From Setoptus koraiensis (taxonomy: Eukaryota; Animalia; Arthropoda): a DNA stretch of 64,000 nt. The notes below the pieces were generated by a model, which was not told where the DNA came from, ran no database searches, and was given only the letters and a program-made list of their open reading frames with translations. Where the stretch lies: NCBI GenBank assembly GCA_048013815.1, contig CM106585.1, positions 5,394,001 through 5,458,000 of the forward strand, given 5' to 3'. The first letter of the stretch is position 1. Each line of letters opens with the position of its first letter. Both the position numbers and the translations under genes were made by a program. Below are positions 59,949 to 64,000 of this stretch, piece by piece.

Positions 59949-61617
59949 CTCAAGATAGAAGATATAAGAGTGAGAGTGAGAGTTGCGCTTATCGTCGTCG
60001 CTCACAAAACAAACTGCAAACAATACAAAGTGTGTCAGTGGGTCAATATACAAATGATAAAAAACAAAAAGACACTTGTTACTATCTGGTGTGAGGGGCA
60101 CACTGAGCAAACAATTGCACAAAGCGCTCGCCAAGTCGCTTGCCAAGTCGCTTGCGAGAGGCACGGATTTGAGGGGCGCCCAGTGTGCCGGATAGTGATG
60201 GCTGCGGCTGATACTGACAATTGTATGCTGTAGATTATATGTTATAGATGCAACTTGGCGAGCTAAACAAATTCAATTGCAATAAATTTCAATTTGCATT
60301 TATATATTATATATTGGCCGTTGTACATTGTATTTTATATTTACATTATCGTATATTCACCGTGAATACGGCACCGTGCGATTCACGACAATTATTCTTA
60401 TTATTGAATAGTCTCGCCGTCGCGTTCACTAGCCGATACCGCATGCACTGTCTGGCACAAATTACGTGACACTGGCGACATTTGTGACACCAGTGACATT
60501 TGTGACATTGGTGAGTAGATCTCATTAGCAAGTAAGAGAGGATCTCGAGAGAATAGTGATAATGCCAAGATGTGTTGGCAGTCGCATCTCAAGCGTGGAT
60601 AGGCCGTTTGGCAGGACAATCCTGCAAACAATGACTGACAAATTTTCTGGGCACGCGCAAGCGACACCAAGAGACCAGAAAATTTCTGATATTCACAGCA
60701 AATTTCGAGCAATTTCGAGCAATCTTGAGCAATTTCGGTGTGACTGAACGGAAGATCTGCTGGAGAGCGGGCCAGCAGCTCGCTCGTTGGGCTCGAAATA
60801 TCGGTCATGTTGCGTATGCCAGCGTTCGGCTAGCTTGTGAGTCACAAGTCGTTCAACTAGAACAGTTTGAAACAGAGAGCGTTCTCAGCGACCTCTGTCA
60901 GGCACTGTCGCCAAATTCAATTGCCAGTGGAAATAATTGAAATTCACAACCCGAGCACCCCAATGCCAGCACCTGTTCTCATCGCATTTCCAGGCTGTTT
61001 CGGCCCAAAATCCGCTGTATCATTGTGTCGTTCGGGCCGTCGCAAGCCAAGCGTGATGCGCAAGCCAATGACGCCGCCCCCGGCTCAAACGCACAGCGTG
61101 ACAAAATGACATTTTTACGCTGACTTGCTTCTCCACGGGGCCCCCATTTAGCTGTTTAGCTATTTAGCTTGCTCTTGAGGGGCTTCTAGGGGCCAGCGAT
61201 GCAACAAAGTCGCTGCCGTGGCCAATTGTCGACAATAGGTGAGCACACACACCTCTTGTTGTGCCACCTATCGGCCAAGTGTGTGTCACCTCAGTTTGTG
61301 TCACCTCTCAGTTTGTGTCCACTGGCAGGCTTATTGCCGCTGGGCGCGCGTGCACTTGTCGGCGGCGCACCTAGCGGCAACTGCCAACACGACACATTGT
61401 CTATGGTGGCTTGTCACTTGTCACCTGTCATGTAACCTGTCATGTGTGTCACACGAGTGCAAATCGCGCCCACTCTGTGCGCGCACCACCTGTGCCCGAT
61501 TTGTATTTGTGTTTGGCACATTTTGTGTATGTGTGCCTCACACTGTGTGTGCGCTCTGTGTCGACCTCGACGCACAGCTAGCCAGCGCAAACAGTGCACA
61601 GTGTGCAGACAACGTTT

Positions 61618-61740
61618 GAGCTTGCCACCGTGAGCTAGCCACCGTGAGCTTGCCACTGTGAGCTCGCCATTGTGAGCTCGCCATTGTGAGCTCGCCATCA
61701 CGAGCCTGCCATTATGAGCTTGTCATCACGAGCTCGTATC
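61618..61740. repeat. ~14-bp degenerate minisatellite (gtgagctcgccatt)
   Basis: Directly visible. Confidence 0.8.
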
Positions 61741-64000
61741 GAGAGCCTGTATCAAGAGCTCAAGTTGGCCTTGTGAAACTTTTCCACTCGTTGTGCGGCG
61801 CACAAGTGCGTCCTGTGCCATATATGCTCTTTGCGCCGCACGATGCTCGCTGCGCTTTTGGGAGCCCCCGAAGCCCGCGATCATAATTGGACTTTTGCCG
61901 GTGCACTGGCCCTATAAAGTTTATAGTATAAACTGTGTTTGTGTAATGTAGTTTATTCTTGGACTTGCCGCTCGCCCGCGATGTCGATTTATGGGGCGAG
62001 CCGGCGAGCACAGCGGCCAATAATAAATATATAACGGGCGACAATGGTTACCGATAATTGGTCGGCCTGTTGGGCGCCACTAGCAGTTATGTAACGCCAA
62101 CAGACTGCCAGCCGCTATTATGATTTGATTTGGCAACTGGCTTTTGGGGGGGGGGGGCGGGGGAGGGGCGCCGTGGTAGTAACTGTAACTAACTAACTGA
62201 CGTTGTTTCATTTGTGGCCAAGCGTGGCGATCATTAGCCGATACACACTCACAGTTGATTCGTCTGGCTTTCAGTTGATTCATGGGGCCCCGGCCAGCCA
62301 GCCAGTGAGGCCCCCAGTGAGCGTGCAGTTGGCAGCAGTTTGCGGCAGTTTGGGCAGTTTGGGCAGTGCAGCGCCATTTGGCAGGCCAGACATTCAGAGC
62401 AAGAGAGAGAGAGAGAGAGAGCGAGCGAGTGAAACATTGGGGCCGCGGCGACATTTGTCGCAGCCATGTATGCAGAGGATAATATCATTAAGAGCAGTCG
62501 CCGGTTACATAATCACAGATACATAATCAGACATAATGAGGGGGCGCTGACTTTTCAAACAAGTGCGCGCCGTCGTTTAGCGGCCCTGGCCGCCAGGGCT
62601 GGCGAGGGGCGCACAGAGTGGCGAGCGGCGGGCCGGGCCGGCGCGTTTTAAACTGTTTTAGTCGATCGGATCGGATTAGCCGATGAGCCGAGCCGATGCA
62701 GCGCTGACAAGCTGCGTCTGTCACGGGCTGCCGGGCTGGCTGGCAAGCTCGACTGGAGGCCCCCATCGGGCGGGAATACATTAATTTGGCGCGCACACGC
62801 CAGAGAGGACTGGTGCTCATTTGTATGCAGTCATACTTGACTGGTCGCTTGCGCGACCGCAGCGCCGCCGGGCAGCATCATAATTGACCGGTAGCCACTG
62901 GCGACAGAGGAGCGCGAAGCCCGCGCGCTCTTGAGACGGGCGCCACGGCGCATGATCGGCCCCCGCCCCCCCTCGGCTGCTGCGAGGCCAGCGACTGCAA
63001 ATTGCAACTAGGCACAAAAAGCCTCGGCCGCCAACTGGGCCCAATTGGGGCCACTGGGTCCGACTGGGGCCCCACTGGGGCCCGCGCATCCGGGCCACCT
63101 GTCATCTGGCTCACTGAGCAACACAAAGTCGGCGCTGAGCAACACAAAGTCGGCGCTGAGCGGCCGGCCGGGCCAACATCTTCGAGACGCACTCTGTATA
63201 TATTTTGTGTGTGCGTGTGTTTTTACGTTTTGGGGCGCTTTAAACTGCCTTTATCCGATTGAACAATGGCCCGCGCGGCGGGCCGAAAATGCCCGCGCGG
63301 CGGCCCGATGCCCGAACGGGGCCCGATGCTCGAGAATAACTCAAACGTTCTTGCGAATGTTGCCATGCGGCGCGCATTGTGAGCAATGGCGATGATTTAT
63401 TATTATGTCGCCAGTGTAGCGGCGCCCGCGATATTATCTATGGCGCGCGCCGGCGATAATGAAACCCTATGACGCCCTCACGCCATATCCGCGCGATGAT
63501 GTAATGCGATATGATCGCACTTTGACATTTTGTGTCTGAGAGTGGCTCTAATGTTTTTTGTTGTGTTGTTGCTATTCCGAGTGCCGCCGACTAAACGAAC
63601 GTTCGACAAATTCGCATTTGTCTGACATTTGTCGATGCACACATACTCTGGCTGATACTGATTTCATAATGGGATATCTGCCTGTGTGTTCGCGTGTATC
63701 CGCATGTACCCGTATATATCCGCATGTATCCGAGCGGAGCTATTTGCGCGCCACCGGCCCCCCCCCCCGCAAACAAACACAAAAAGTAAATTAGATCATT
63801 TGGAGCGGGCGCCGCCAGAGAGCGCTAAGCCAGCGCCCTCTCGCAGCGGGTCTCACTGTGGCCAGCATCATCCATCACTCCAACTGGTGCCACTGGTGTG
63901 TCTGTTTGCATTTATTTGCTGCTGGCGCGAGATTTATTTAACTCGTGCCACCACCACGGCGGCGATGCGCCGGCGAGCGCGCCAAAAACCGGGCCGCCCG

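Noticed and set aside
1-64000. Prokaryotic systems, horizontally transferred bacterial genes, transposase/RT ORFs, rRNA
   Set aside because: All recognisable genes are animal-type with spliceosomal introns or animal motifs; no DDE, RT, integrase, cas or rRNA signatures were seen.

Overview
This is eukaryotic (animal) genomic DNA, not prokaryotic: there are GT-AG spliced genes, many micro- and minisatellites and a 500-N scaffold gap (57711-58210). The PDE4/dunce-, CPT1/withered- and FAR-like proteins, short ~95-130 bp introns, several intronless housekeeping genes and polyQ/N expansions suggest a compact arthropod genome, possibly an acariform mite (inference only). Genes reconstructed by hand from splice signals, phase and recognisable motifs, in order: 3' end of INTS3 (+); a large low-complexity orphan (-); a putative SAXO-family exon pair (-); kappaB-Ras (+); a secreted Q/P-rich proprotein with furin-type sites (+); TTC39 (+); TANGO6 (-); mitoferrin (+); CPT1 (+); fatty acyl-CoA reductase (-); proteasome alpha5 (+); and a PDE4/dunce gene (-) that extends from 48.1 kb towards or beyond the window end. 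The first coding exon of CPT1 lies 11 kb upstream of its body, and that intron hosts a complete antisense myo-inositol transporter (SLC2A13/HMIT) gene. The most notable observations are this nested architecture with an atypical CPT1 N-terminus, a split dispersed duplication that brackets FAR, two near-perfect hairpins, PDE4 oddities (~390-aa polyQ linker, alternative 5' exon, candidate microexon, ENHH>ENHS), and the orphan secreted proprotein. No CRISPR array, rRNA, tRNA or autonomous transposon was found. Most short ORFs in the supplied track are artefacts of repeats or antisense frames. All homology calls rest on remembered family motifs; no database search was run.
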